NCBI GenBank assembly: GCA_041661275.1
Contig: JBAZUU010000001.1
Coordinates: 229,057-293,056, forward strand
DNA from: Parcubacteria group bacterium
Lineage (GTDB): Bacteria > Patescibacteriota > Minisyncoccia > Moranbacterales > UBA2206
Direction of reading: 5' to 3'
Length of the DNA: 64,000 nt
How positions within the stretch are numbered: position 1 is the stretch's first letter; the number at the start of each line of letters is the position of its first letter. This document shows positions 39,349 to 47,035 of the stretch, in pieces. The translations under genes were made by a program, and so were the position numbers. The notes under the pieces are model-generated. The model was not told the DNA's origin, made no database searches, and was given only the letters and a program-made list of their open reading frames with translations.

Positions 39349-40206
39349 ATGAACGCAAAAATTATTGATGGCAAAAAGATTTCTGCCCAAATAAAAGAAG
39401 AATTGCGAGCAGAGGTAGAAGAACTAAAAAAGAAAAATATAATGCCAGGACTGGCAGTTGTTATTGTCGGCGTCGATCCAGCTTCGACTATTTATGTTCA
39501 CAACAAAAAGAAAGCGGCCAAAGATTTAGGAATATATTCGGAAGTATATGAGATGCCTGAAAATACCAAAGAAGAAGAGCTGATCGAATTGATTAACAAG
39601 CTGAATAAAAACGAAAAAATCCACGGAGTTTTAGTCCAGCTTCCTTTGCCCAAGCATATCAATGAAGAAAGAATAATTCTAACGATTGATCCCAAAAAAG
39701 ACGTTGATTGTTTTCATCCGGAAAATATTGGAAAAGTTATGATTGGTGGGGCTATAGTTTTTCCATGCACGCCAGCGGGGATAGTCGAACTTCTAAAACG
39801 AAGTAAGATTGAAATTTCGGGGCGTGATTGTGTGGTAATTGGCAGAAGTAATATTGTCGGAAAACCAGCGGCTCTTATGCTTCTTCAAGAAAACGCGACG
39901 GTGACTATTTGTCACTCCAAGACAAAAGATCTGAAAAAATACTGTCTTGAAGCGGATATAATAATTGCGGCAGTGGGAAAAGCAAAGATGGTGACGGCGG
40001 ATATGATAAAGAATGGCGCGGTAGTCATTGACGTAGGCATAAACCGATTGCCAGACGGAAAATTAGTGGGAGATGTGGATTTTGGTGGTGTGATTGACAA
40101 GATTTCAGCGATAACACCAGTTCCGGGTGGAGTAGGCCCAATGACGATTGCGATGCTAATGAAAAACACAATAAATATAGCCAAAAATTATGAAAATAGA
40201 AATTGA
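39349..40206 (+). CDS. folD: bifunctional methylenetetrahydrofolate dehydrogenase/cyclohydrolase
   Basis: The conserved YVHNKKKA..., GRSNIVGKPAALML and PGGVGPMT motifs. Confidence 0.9.
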   Translation: MNAKIIDGKKISAQIKEELRAEVEELKKKNIMPGLAVVIVGVDPASTIYVHNKKKAAKDLGIYSEVYEMPENTKEEELIELINKLNKNEKIHGVLVQLPLPKHINEERIILTIDPKKDVDCFHPENIGKVMIGGAIVFPCTPAGIVELLKRSKIEISGRDCVVIGRSNIVGKPAALMLLQENATVTICHSKTKDLKKYCLEADIIIAAVGKAKMVTADMIKNGAVVIDVGINRLPDGKLVGDVDFGGVIDKISAITPVPGGVGPMTIAMLMKNTINIAKNYENRN

Positions 40207-40483
40207 AAAATTATCAACCAACCCGGCCAATGCTATGCGGCGGGCGGGGTATACGTTTCAGCGGCAAGAAGGGGAGGAGATGAGTTTTGTGCGTCCATTT
40301 TCTCAATCCGGGTATCCGCGGTTCCATGTCTATGTCAAAGTGGTGGGCGCGGGGCTAGCTATCAGTTTTCATTACGATGCTAAAAAAGAAACTTATGGTG
40401 AAGGGACGAGGCATCATGGGGAATATGAAGAAGGCGGGATATTAAAAGAAGAGGTAGAACGGTTGAAAAAGGCGCTAGCATAG
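40190..40483 (+). CDS. hypothetical protein, co-transcribed with folD
   Basis: 97 aa, overlapping the folD end by 17 nt. Confidence 0.45.
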   Translation: MKIEIEKLSTNPANAMRRAGYTFQRQEGEEMSFVRPFSQSGYPRFHVYVKVVGAGLAISFHYDAKKETYGEGTRHHGEYEEGGILKEEVERLKKALA

Positions 40484-40528
40484 ATGTTGTCAAAAAGTAA
40501 TATTAACTGTAGAATGATTAGGTTTGCT

Positions 40529-40577
40529 CCCTCTCCTGTCCCGAAACGGGACATCCTCTCCCGGAGGGAGAGGAGGA
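40529..40577 (+). repeat. CCCTCTCC structured repeat, copy 6, 21 nt upstream of tRNA-Leu(CAG)
   Basis: CCCTCTCCTGTC-CCGAAACGG-GACATCCTCTCCCGGAGGGAGAGGAGGA, preceded by a TAGAAT box. Confidence 0.8.
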
Positions 40578-40598
40578 TTTGAAGGTTACTGTTTATAG

Positions 40599-40682
40599 GC
40601 CCAGGTGGCGGAATTGGTATACGCGCTAGTTTCAGGTACTAGTTCCCGTAAGGGATTGGAGGTTCGAGTCCTCTTCTGGGCA
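40599..40682 (+). tRNA. tRNA-Leu(CAG)
   Basis: Type II tRNA with a long variable arm and anticodon loop TTCAGGT. Confidence 0.85.
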
Positions 40683-40717
40683 CAAGGATTAAAATAAAAA
40701 GTGAAAAGCAAATATTT

Positions 40718-40801
40718 GCCCGGGTGGCGGAATTGGTATACGCGCTAGTCTTAGGAACTAGTACTCGCAAGGGTTTGAAGGTTCGAGTCCTTTCCCGGGC
40801 A
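40718..40801 (+). tRNA. tRNA-Leu(TAG)
   Basis: Type II tRNA with anticodon loop CTTAGGA. Confidence 0.85.
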
Positions 40802-40816
40802 CTTAATTTTAAATCA

Positions 40817-40937
40817 GAGAGGCGGAATTGGCTTGCCTCGATTCGACGAGATGTCTCATCGAGTCGAAGCGGGTATACGCGTCCCGCCTTGGCGGGATAC
40901 TCGCAAGGGTTTGAAGGTTCGAGTCCTTTCCCGGGCA
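40817..40937 (+). pseudogene. degenerate tRNA-Leu(TAG)-derived tRNA-like sequence
   Basis: The 3' 39 nt are identical to tRNA-Leu(TAG). A roughly 41 nt hairpin is inserted in the D-loop. The anticodon arm is replaced by the tight hairpin TCCCGCCTTGGCGGGA. The 5' acceptor strand is not complementary to the 3' strand. Confidence 0.5.
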
Positions 40938-40939
40938 CG

Positions 40940-41896
40940 ATGAAAAAAATAACTGTCGAAAAAAATAATTCAGAACAAAGAATTGATAAGTTCCTGGTGA
41001 AGGAATTTTTTTCTTATACTCGCGGAGAAATTATCCGCCAGATAAAAAATGGTAATGTTTTGGCTAATGGTAAAAAAACAAAACCCAGCTATATCCTGAA
41101 AGAAAACGATGAGCTGGAAATAAATCTGGAAGAAACCAGTTCGGAACTTCTTCCTAATAAAAAAATAAAATTGGAAATTATTTTTCAAGACGAAAATATC
41201 GTTGTTGTCAACAAACCCGCTGGTTTGCAGGTCCACCCAGACTTTCACGAGAAAAAAAATACGCTTGTAAACGCATTGATTAATAAATTCCCGGAAATAA
41301 AAAATGTCGGCGAGAATATGATGCGACCGGGGATTGTTCATCGCCTAGACAAAGATACTTCGGGTGTAATTATCATTGCTAGAAATCAGAAGACATTTGT
41401 GGAGTTGAAAAATAAGTTTAAAAATAGGGAAGTAGAAAAAAAATACTGGGCGATTGTTTACCGGGCTTCGGAATCGGGAAGATTAGGGGAATCGGGGATT
41501 TTATCGGGGGTAATCGAGGCGCCAATTGCTCGATCATCTAAGTATCGAAAGCAGGTGATTGCCGGAAAGAAAACAAAAACTAAAGTCAGAGAAGCAGTTA
41601 CTAAGTATAGAGTGTTGAAAGAATGGAATATTTTTTCTCTTTTAGAAGTTACTCCGAAAACTGGGCGGATGCATCAAATTCGAGTCCATCTGACTTCTAT
41701 CGGTCATCCAATCGTGGGGGATAAACTTTATAAGAATAAGACCAATAGGACAAATAGGACGAATATAATAGAGAACAGAGCAGTAAGGCAGATGCTTCAT
41801 GCCAAAAGCATCAGATTTAATCTTTTTGGGGAGGACTTCTCGTTTGAGGCACAGATACCAGAAGATTTCAATCAATTCTTGACTTCCAGCCGATAA
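40940..41896 (+). CDS. RluA-family pseudouridine synthase (RluD-like, with S4-like N-terminus)
   Basis: HRLDKDTSGVIIIARN catalytic motif. The track ORF starts at 40724 and spuriously spans the tRNAs, so I take the start at MKKITVEKN. Confidence 0.85.
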   Translation: MKKITVEKNNSEQRIDKFLVKEFFSYTRGEIIRQIKNGNVLANGKKTKPSYILKENDELEINLEETSSELLPNKKIKLEIIFQDENIVVVNKPAGLQVHPDFHEKKNTLVNALINKFPEIKNVGENMMRPGIVHRLDKDTSGVIIIARNQKTFVELKNKFKNREVEKKYWAIVYRASESGRLGESGILSGVIEAPIARSSKYRKQVIAGKKTKTKVREAVTKYRVLKEWNIFSLLEVTPKTGRMHQIRVHLTSIGHPIVGDKLYKNKTNRTNRTNIIENRAVRQMLHAKSIRFNLFGEDFSFEAQIPEDFNQFLTSSR

Positions 41897-41966
41897 AAAG
41901 GTATCCTGAATAGGCTAAAAGCAAGAGTTGCTTTTTTTATTTTAATTATTTGTATATAATAATCGT

Positions 41967-42419
41967 ATGCGTAAAGAAATCATCGAATTTAACAAAAGCC
42001 AGAGAGGGTCGAAGAAAATGGATTTTCAGGCCGGAGATGTAGTGAAGGTGAGCATGAAGATCAAGGAAGGCGGAAAAGAAAGAATCCAGATTTTTGAAGG
42101 TCTGGTTATTGCGGTTAAGGGGCGACAAAGTTCTTCCCCGACTTTGACTGTCCGAAAAGTTTCTCACGGAGTGGGAGTGGAGATGATCATTCCGGTTCTT
42201 TCTCCGAACATTTCCAAGATAACCTTGGTCAAACGGGCGAAAGTCCGACGATCGAAACTATATTATGTCCGTGATCTGACGGCCAAGCAAAGCCGCATGA
42301 AATATAAGGACATTGCGGAATTTATCAAAGACGAAACGTCTGACGTTCCTGCTGCCGAAGAAGTTAAGGAAGAAAAATTAGAAACCGAAGAAAAAATAGT
42401 AGCAAAAGAGGAGAAATAA
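41967..42419 (+). CDS. rplS: 50S ribosomal protein L19 with K/E-rich C-terminal extension
   Basis: FQAGDVVKVSMKIKEGGKERIQIFEGLVIAVKG...TVRK matches L19. Confidence 0.9.
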   Translation: MRKEIIEFNKSQRGSKKMDFQAGDVVKVSMKIKEGGKERIQIFEGLVIAVKGRQSSSPTLTVRKVSHGVGVEMIIPVLSPNISKITLVKRAKVRRSKLYYVRDLTAKQSRMKYKDIAEFIKDETSDVPAAEEVKEEKLETEEKIVAKEEK

Positions 42420-42433
42420 TAGCCAATGGCCAA

Positions 42434-42518
42434 GCGAACGTGGCGGAACTTGGTATACGCGCTACCTTGAGGTGGTAGTGGGAGCAATCCCGTGGAGGTT
42501 CGAGTCCTCTCGTTCGCA
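42434..42518 (+). tRNA. tRNA-Leu(GAG)
   Basis: Type II tRNA with anticodon loop TTGAGGT. Confidence 0.85.
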
Positions 42519-42679
42519 CTAACACGTTGTCTATGCGGGCTCGCCCCGTACCATTTTTCGGAAAATTTTTCTTTATAGATTAATTTAAGGCGAAGCCGCT
42601 TCGCTTTCAGATCTACTTACCAGATAAATTGTTGTTGAAAATGGTACGGGGTGAAAGTCCCGCCGAAGGCACTTTGCGG

Positions 42680-42752
42680 GGATCCCTAGCTCAATGGCTA
42701 GAGCACTTCATTTACACTGAAGGGGTTATAGGTTCGAGTCCTATGGGATCCA
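42680..42752 (+). tRNA. tRNA-Val(TAC)
   Basis: GGATCCC-TA-GCTCAATGGCTAGAGC-A-CTTCA-TTTACAC-TGAAG...GGGATCC-A. Confidence 0.85.
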
Positions 42753-42775
42753 CACACATTGGAATTATATAGTTT

Positions 42776-42825
42776 CCCTCTCCTGTCCCGCAGACGGGAC
42801 ATCCTCTCCCAGAGGGAGAGGAGGA
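42776..42825 (+). repeat. CCCTCTCC structured repeat, copy 7, 21 nt upstream of tRNA-Phe
   Basis: CCCTCTCCTGTC-CCGCAGACGG-GACATCCTCTCCCAGAGGGAGAGGAGGA, preceded by a TATATA box. Confidence 0.8.
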
Positions 42826-42846
42826 TTTGAAGAATACTGTTTGTAG

Positions 42847-43152
42847 GCCAGGTTAGCTCAGCGGTAGAGCGAAGGACTGAATTTCGGTCCGTCCGGCAGT
42901 AATGCCGGAATGAAAATTGGGTGAATTCGAGGAAACCTAAGTTGCCGATGAGGCAAAATGGCAATCTCGAGCCAAGTCTTGATGGGCATAGTTTTCAAGA
43001 AAGGTGTAGAGACTAGCGAGTGAGTCCCAACAATAATCTCGCATTAGCGCCCAATATCCTGATGAAGGATAATGAAATAGTCCAATCCTTGGGGAAACTC
43101 AAGAAGGAAAAGGAAAATCCTTGCGTGCCCAGTTCGACTCTGGGACCTGGCA
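42847..43152 (+). tRNA. tRNA-Phe(GAA) split by a group I intron in the anticodon loop
   Basis: Exon 1 is GCCAGGT-TA-GCTCAGCGGTAGAGC-G-AAGGA-CT (42847-42878). Exon 2 is GAAAA-TCCTT-GCGTG-CCCAG-TTCGACT-CTGGG-ACCTGGC-A (43113-43152). Spliced loop is CTGAAAA. Confidence 0.75.
42879..43112 (+). ncRNA. group I intron (234 nt), no ORF
   Basis: The internal guide GGTCC pairs with exon 1 GGACU through a U:G at the splice site, and the intron ends in G. Its core resembles the cyanobacterial tRNA-Leu intron as I recall it (GGAAACCTAA; CTCGAGCCAAGTC; GGTGTAGAGACTAGCG; TAGTCCAATCC). Confidence 0.75.
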
Positions 43153-43209
43153 CTTACAAAGTTAAAAGTTCAAAATTAAAAGTTAAAAGTTTGGCTAACT
43201 TTTAACTAT

Positions 43210-43281
43210 GCGGGTGTAGTATAGTGGTTATTACGTCAGGTTGCCAATCTGAATACGGCGGTTCGATTCCGCTCACCCGCT
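43210..43281 (+). tRNA. tRNA-Gly(GCC)
   Basis: GCGGGTG...TCAGG-TTGCCAA-TCTGA...GGCGGTTCGATTCCGCT-CACCCGC-T. Confidence 0.85.
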
Positions 43282-43291
43282 CAAAATCACG

Positions 43292-43318
43292 AAAAACGGC
43301 TTAAATAGGCCGTTTTTG
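43292..43318 (+). terminator. intrinsic terminator closing the tRNA cluster
   Basis: AACGGC-TTAAATAG-GCCGTT followed by TTTT. Confidence 0.75.
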
Positions 43319-43399
43319 TGTTTGACAAATATGAAATTATGTAATAATATATATTGTTGATAGCATGTAACTAGGAATGGGTATTAAAAGGAGGAAAAT

Positions 43400-43693
43400 A
43401 TGAAACTGCTCAAAGAAGCACCCTTCGAAATCGTCTTCGGTACCAAAGAGGGAGAGGAAAAGGATGTGCACAGTAATTTGTCAGCGTGGCTTATTATGAC
43501 GACCCTTTCATCCGGGAAGCCCATTGTGCGCGTGAATTATGCTATCGATTCGGGGAAAATGGTTGGCGAGCATTATGAGAAATCAGAAGGATGGAATGTC
43601 ATGTCTCTCGAGGAAGTAGAAAGGTTTGTGAAAAAGCTAGAGGAATTTATTGAAAAAGGAAAGGAGTTTTTAAGAGAACATAAACAGAAGTAG
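43400..43693 (+). CDS. hypothetical small protein
   Basis: Strong RBS (AAAGGAGGAAAATATG), 97 aa, and a terminator-like hairpin downstream. Confidence 0.5.
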   Translation: MKLLKEAPFEIVFGTKEGEEKDVHSNLSAWLIMTTLSSGKPIVRVNYAIDSGKMVGEHYEKSEGWNVMSLEEVERFVKKLEEFIEKGKEFLREHKQK

Positions 43694-43985
43694 AATTCGA
43701 CCTTTACGGCTCGCTGCTCAAACAGGGCGGGTCGTTTTTATTCTCAAATAAGTACTTCTTCTCCGAATCCAGTTCTAACTGCATGTACCAAGGAGCTCAC
43801 TTTTTTGAAAACACGACTTTTTGTAGATCGTGTTTTTAGTTACGTTATACTATGAGTATATTTGACTTTTTCGTTCCTAAATAGAGAATATTATATGGAC
43901 TAACGCAAAATATTGATAACTTTCGCCAAAATAAATAGGCGCCCAGGTTTAGGCACCTATCGATGAGAAAAGAGTCTGCTTATCT

Positions 43986-44240
43986 TCAGTCTGTCCAGTT
44001 CCTTTCCGACCAGACTTCATTATGAGCTTTTTTGAATATTTCTTCGTGCTTTTCTCTCCGTTGACATTCCTCACCACACAAATCGGATTGCCAATGAAAA
44101 GCACTGTCGGGACTAGAGAGAAAGCAGTTGGAATTACTTATTACGATCAAGCATTCATTGTAAAGAGCTTGGTCGTCCATTTCCTCAAGCCGTTTTTGGT
44201 AAAACTCCCTTTTTTCTTCTGCCGTTTCCTTTGTTTTCAT
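43986..44240 (-). CDS. hypothetical Cys-containing small protein
   Basis: 84 aa with a CxxxC ... C pattern. Confidence 0.35.
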   Translation of the reverse strand: MKTKETAEEKREFYQKRLEEMDDQALYNECLIVISNSNCFLSSPDSAFHWQSDLCGEECQRREKHEEIFKKAHNEVWSERNWTD

Positions 44241-44439
44241 GTGGTACCTCCTTTATTTTTTCCATCAATACATTCGTCACGCTTCTTGATTGTGATAAGA
44301 AGCTTAGCATTATCTTAGGAATAGTCAATATATTTAATACTCGAGTTTAAATAATCCATTATTAGATTCAGTCCTTACTGTACGTACTAGTTAGTTTCAA
44401 AATATTTGAAATCCCCTACGTAGGAGATTTTTGTTTTTT

Positions 44440-44498
44440 GTGGCTTATTTAAGCCATATTAGGTACTTTGATGTATATCAAATGGCTTATTTAAGCCA
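44440..44498. promoter_or_regulatory. two copies of the near-palindrome TGGCTTATTTAAGCCA, 43 nt apart, upstream of the 3D-domain gene
   Basis: Read directly. The arrangement is operator-like. Confidence 0.4.
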
Positions 44499-44622
44499 AA
44501 ATAAGCGAACAGTTGTTGACTACTGGACGGCAATTTGCTATAATGTCCAGTTAGCATGAGAAAGCCTTGAATATGGCTTTTTATGTTAGCCTAGTACCGC
44601 TTAACAAATAACATACTATTTA

Positions 44623-45180
44623 ATGCGTATCATTAGGATTGCGTTGTTACTGACCATATTATTTGTGCCGGTAACTCCTCAGATTGCTCTTGCGGCAACT
44701 GAGCAAGACTCTAATGAAACAAATATAAAATTTAATATAAAAGACGACCTGGTCATTGAAAACGGAGTGATAAAAAATAAGCCTTTCGCTTTTATTAAGG
44801 AAGACTACAAGCCGGTGAAAACTAATCGTGATATAGAAATTGAAAAGATAATTGAGAAATATCACGAAAGACACGAGAGTGCCAGACTTCCCGAAGGACA
44901 ATTCATTATCAACGCTTCAGCGTACACTGCGGCGGCCGATGAATGTGGAAAGTCCGACGGAATTACCGCTTCCGGGCTTATGGTTAAAGAAAATGAAACT
45001 ATCGCTTGTCCTCCGCAGTTTCCATTCGGAACGAAACTACAAATCGACGGAATGGGAACATATATGTGTCAGGACCGTGGTGGAGCCATTAAGGCCAATC
45101 ATATAGACATCTATGTGGAGACTAAAAAGGAAGCTTTCAGTTTCGGAAGACGAAATCTTTTGGCCCAAGTAGTGGAATAA
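44623..45180 (+). CDS. secreted 3D-domain protein (MltA/YuiC/YabE-like cell-wall-binding or lytic-transglycosylase-like)
   Basis: Signal peptide and a C-terminal 3D-domain pattern (GITASGLMV...ACPPQFPFGTKLQIDGMGTYMCQDRGGAIK..HIDIY). Confidence 0.7.
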   Translation: MRIIRIALLLTILFVPVTPQIALAATEQDSNETNIKFNIKDDLVIENGVIKNKPFAFIKEDYKPVKTNRDIEIEKIIEKYHERHESARLPEGQFIINASAYTAAADECGKSDGITASGLMVKENETIACPPQFPFGTKLQIDGMGTYMCQDRGGAIKANHIDIYVETKKEAFSFGRRNLLAQVVE

Positions 45181-45199
45181 AAACAAATTATTAAAGCAA

Positions 45200-45226
45200 G
45201 GGCCTCGCAGTAATGCGGGGTTTTTG
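45200..45226 (+). terminator. intrinsic terminator
   Basis: GGCCTCGCA-GTAA-TGCGGGG followed by TTTTT. Confidence 0.7.
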
Positions 45227-45338
45227 TATTGACAATATGCCGTTGATTACTTAAGCTAGATTAGTATATGACATTGTCGCTCCTTGATAATAACGGTATA
45301 ATATACTATAATTGCAGTATGTAGTATAGCCACCTAAT

Positions 45339-46076
45339 ATGGGCATAAAATATCAGGTCAATGAAAAATTTTTCGATAAATGGTCATTGGAAATGGCATA
45401 TATTCTTGGATATTTGTATGCAGATGGAAGCTTGGAAGATGCGAGTTATTTAAGAGGAAAGTATCTGAGGGTTTCCAGTATAGATAGGGAGTCGATATTG
45501 AAAATAAAGCACTTATTGAACTCCAAACATAAGATTGTCAAAAAGAAAAACTTATCAGGAAACCAGAAGAACTGTTATCTTTTGAGAATTGGAAGTCATG
45601 TTTTATATAACAGACTTATTGAACTAGGGCTGTTCCCGAACAAATCACTTTCGATGAAATTTCCTGATATGCCCGAAAAATATCTGCGTTTTTTTGTCCT
45701 AGGTTATTTTGATGGAGATGGGTGTGTTATGGTGCGCAAGGAGAGAAATAAAAAAGGTGCATTTGTATTAAAAGGGCTTCGCGTTGTGTTTACTTGTGGC
45801 AGTATCGATTTTTTGGAGAAGTTAGCTAAAAGAATAAATAATGCTATCAATACAAAGCAATTAAAAATATATAACGGACATAGATCGTATATGCTTTCTT
45901 ATTCAACAGACGATAGTGTATTGATTTTTAAATTCATATATAATATAAGTAAGCCAATTTTTTTAAAAAGAAAGTTTGTAAAATTCTGTGATTATTTCGA
46001 TTTAAGAATTAATAGAAAGGATAAGTATGTGTGCAAGATAATCGAAAGGTTTAATCTTGGCCGTGTGGCGAAGTAG
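45339..46076 (+). CDS. free-standing double-motif LAGLIDADG homing endonuclease
   Basis: Two LAGLIDADG motifs (LGYLYADGSL and LGYFDGDGCV) about 100 aa apart. The ORF end overlaps tRNA-Cys by about 18 nt. Confidence 0.8.
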   Translation: MGIKYQVNEKFFDKWSLEMAYILGYLYADGSLEDASYLRGKYLRVSSIDRESILKIKHLLNSKHKIVKKKNLSGNQKNCYLLRIGSHVLYNRLIELGLFPNKSLSMKFPDMPEKYLRFFVLGYFDGDGCVMVRKERNKKGAFVLKGLRVVFTCGSIDFLEKLAKRINNAINTKQLKIYNGHRSYMLSYSTDDSVLIFKFIYNISKPIFLKRKFVKFCDYFDLRINRKDKYVCKIIERFNLGRVAK

Positions 46077-46131
46077 TTAACGCGGCGGTCTGCAAAACCG
46101 CTACGCGTGGGTGCAAATCCCACCGCGGCCT
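46059..46131 (+). tRNA. tRNA-Cys(GCA)
   Basis: GGCCGTG-TG-GCG...GCGGT-CTGCAAA-ACCGC...GTGGGTGCAAATCCCAC-CGCGGCC-T. Confidence 0.8.
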
Positions 46132-46140
46132 CAAGATATT

Positions 46141-46224
46141 GCCCAGGTGGTGTAATCGGCAGCCACGCGAGACTTAAAATTTCGTGACCGAAAGGTCGTG
46201 CGGGTTCGAGTCCCGCCCTGGGCA
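46141..46224 (+). tRNA. tRNA-Leu(TAA), intron-less
   Basis: Type II tRNA with anticodon stem CGAGA/TTTCG (one G:U) and loop CTTAAAA. Confidence 0.8.
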
Positions 46225-46227
46225 CGC

Positions 46228-46262
46228 AAAAAAATCGTTCCGATTAGGCGGGACGATTTTAG
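46228..46262. terminator. bidirectional intrinsic terminator (tRNA cluster / udg)
   Basis: A-run, ATCGTTCCG-ATTAGG-CGGGACGAT, then a T-run. Confidence 0.65.
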
Positions 46263-46846
46263 TTTTCTCCGCTTTTTATTTTTTCGATCACCTTAGGGAT
46301 TCGTTTGAAATCTTTGATGAGAACTTCGCGCATACTTCCATTATATAGCGCGGCGGCGGGGTGATAGAGAGTATAGAAAACCTGTTTTCCGATGCCGTCT
46401 ATTTCGCGTCTCTTAGCTTGTCCGTGAATTTTGGATATTAGCATTCCGGGTAAAAACCTTTCCATCGAATGTCGGCCGAGTGTGACAATTAATTTAGGCT
46501 CAATAATTCTTATCTGTTCCAGAAGCCATGGCCAGCAAGACGCGACTTCGTCAGGCAGGGGATCACGGTTTTGCGGCGGACGGCATTTGACGACGTTGGC
46601 GATATAGACATCTTCACGTTTCAAATTAATAATACCGAGCATCTCGTCTAGAAATTTTCCAGCGGCTCCTACGAATGGCCGTCCCAATTCGTCTTCCTTG
46701 GCACCAGGTCCTTCACCGATGAACATAATTTCAGCTTCCGCATTGCCTTCGCCCGGAACGACATTCTTGCAACTCGTGCGCAAAACGCATTGGGAGCACG
46801 CTGTCATTTTTTTATTCAATTCTTCAAGAAGTTGTTGTTTAGACAT
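46259..46846 (-). CDS. uracil-DNA glycosylase, family 4 (4Fe-4S type)
   Basis: GEGPGAKEDELGRPFVGAAGKFL and the Cys ligands (C..C ... C). Confidence 0.85.
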   Translation of the reverse strand: MSKQQLLEELNKKMTACSQCVLRTSCKNVVPGEGNAEAEIMFIGEGPGAKEDELGRPFVGAAGKFLDEMLGIINLKREDVYIANVVKCRPPQNRDPLPDEVASCWPWLLEQIRIIEPKLIVTLGRHSMERFLPGMLISKIHGQAKRREIDGIGKQVFYTLYHPAAALYNGSMREVLIKDFKRIPKVIEKIKSGEN

Positions 46847-46864
46847 AGTTGTAAAAAAAGTGTT

Positions 46865-46917
46865 TCCCTCTCTCCCTCTGGGAGAGATGTCACGATTCTT
46901 ATCGTGACAGAGAGGGT
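46865..46917 (-). repeat. CCCTCTCC structured repeat, copy 8, oriented toward and just upstream of udg
   Basis: The reverse complement reads ACCCTCTCTGTC-ACGATAAGAATCGT-GACATCTCTCCCAGAGGGAGAGAGGGA, with a TATATA box upstream on the minus strand. Confidence 0.8.
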
Positions 46918-46967
46918 ACTATATAAAACTGAATAAAATATATAATTTTGTGAATTTAATTTAGAGT

Positions 46968-47018
46968 CCTCTCCTATCCCGCCAAGGCGGGACATCCTCT
47001 CCCAAAGGGAGAGGAGGA
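46968..47018 (+). repeat. CCCTCTCC structured repeat, copy 9 (variant TCCTCTCCTATC), with no gene downstream on its strand
   Basis: TCCTCTCCTATC-CCGCCAAGGCGG-GACATCCTCTCCCAAAGGGAGAGGAGGA. Confidence 0.75.
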
Positions 47019-47035
47019 AGCGCTAACTGTTTTTA

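Noticed and set aside
40724-40939. N-terminal 72 codons of the track ORF for the RluA-family gene
   Set aside because: They run through two tRNA-Leu genes and the tRNA-like element. I placed the true start at 40940 (MKKITVEKN).
43020-43205. 61 aa ORF from the track
   Set aside because: It lies entirely within the group I intron and exon 2 of tRNA-Phe and has no RBS, so it is most likely a spurious reading frame.
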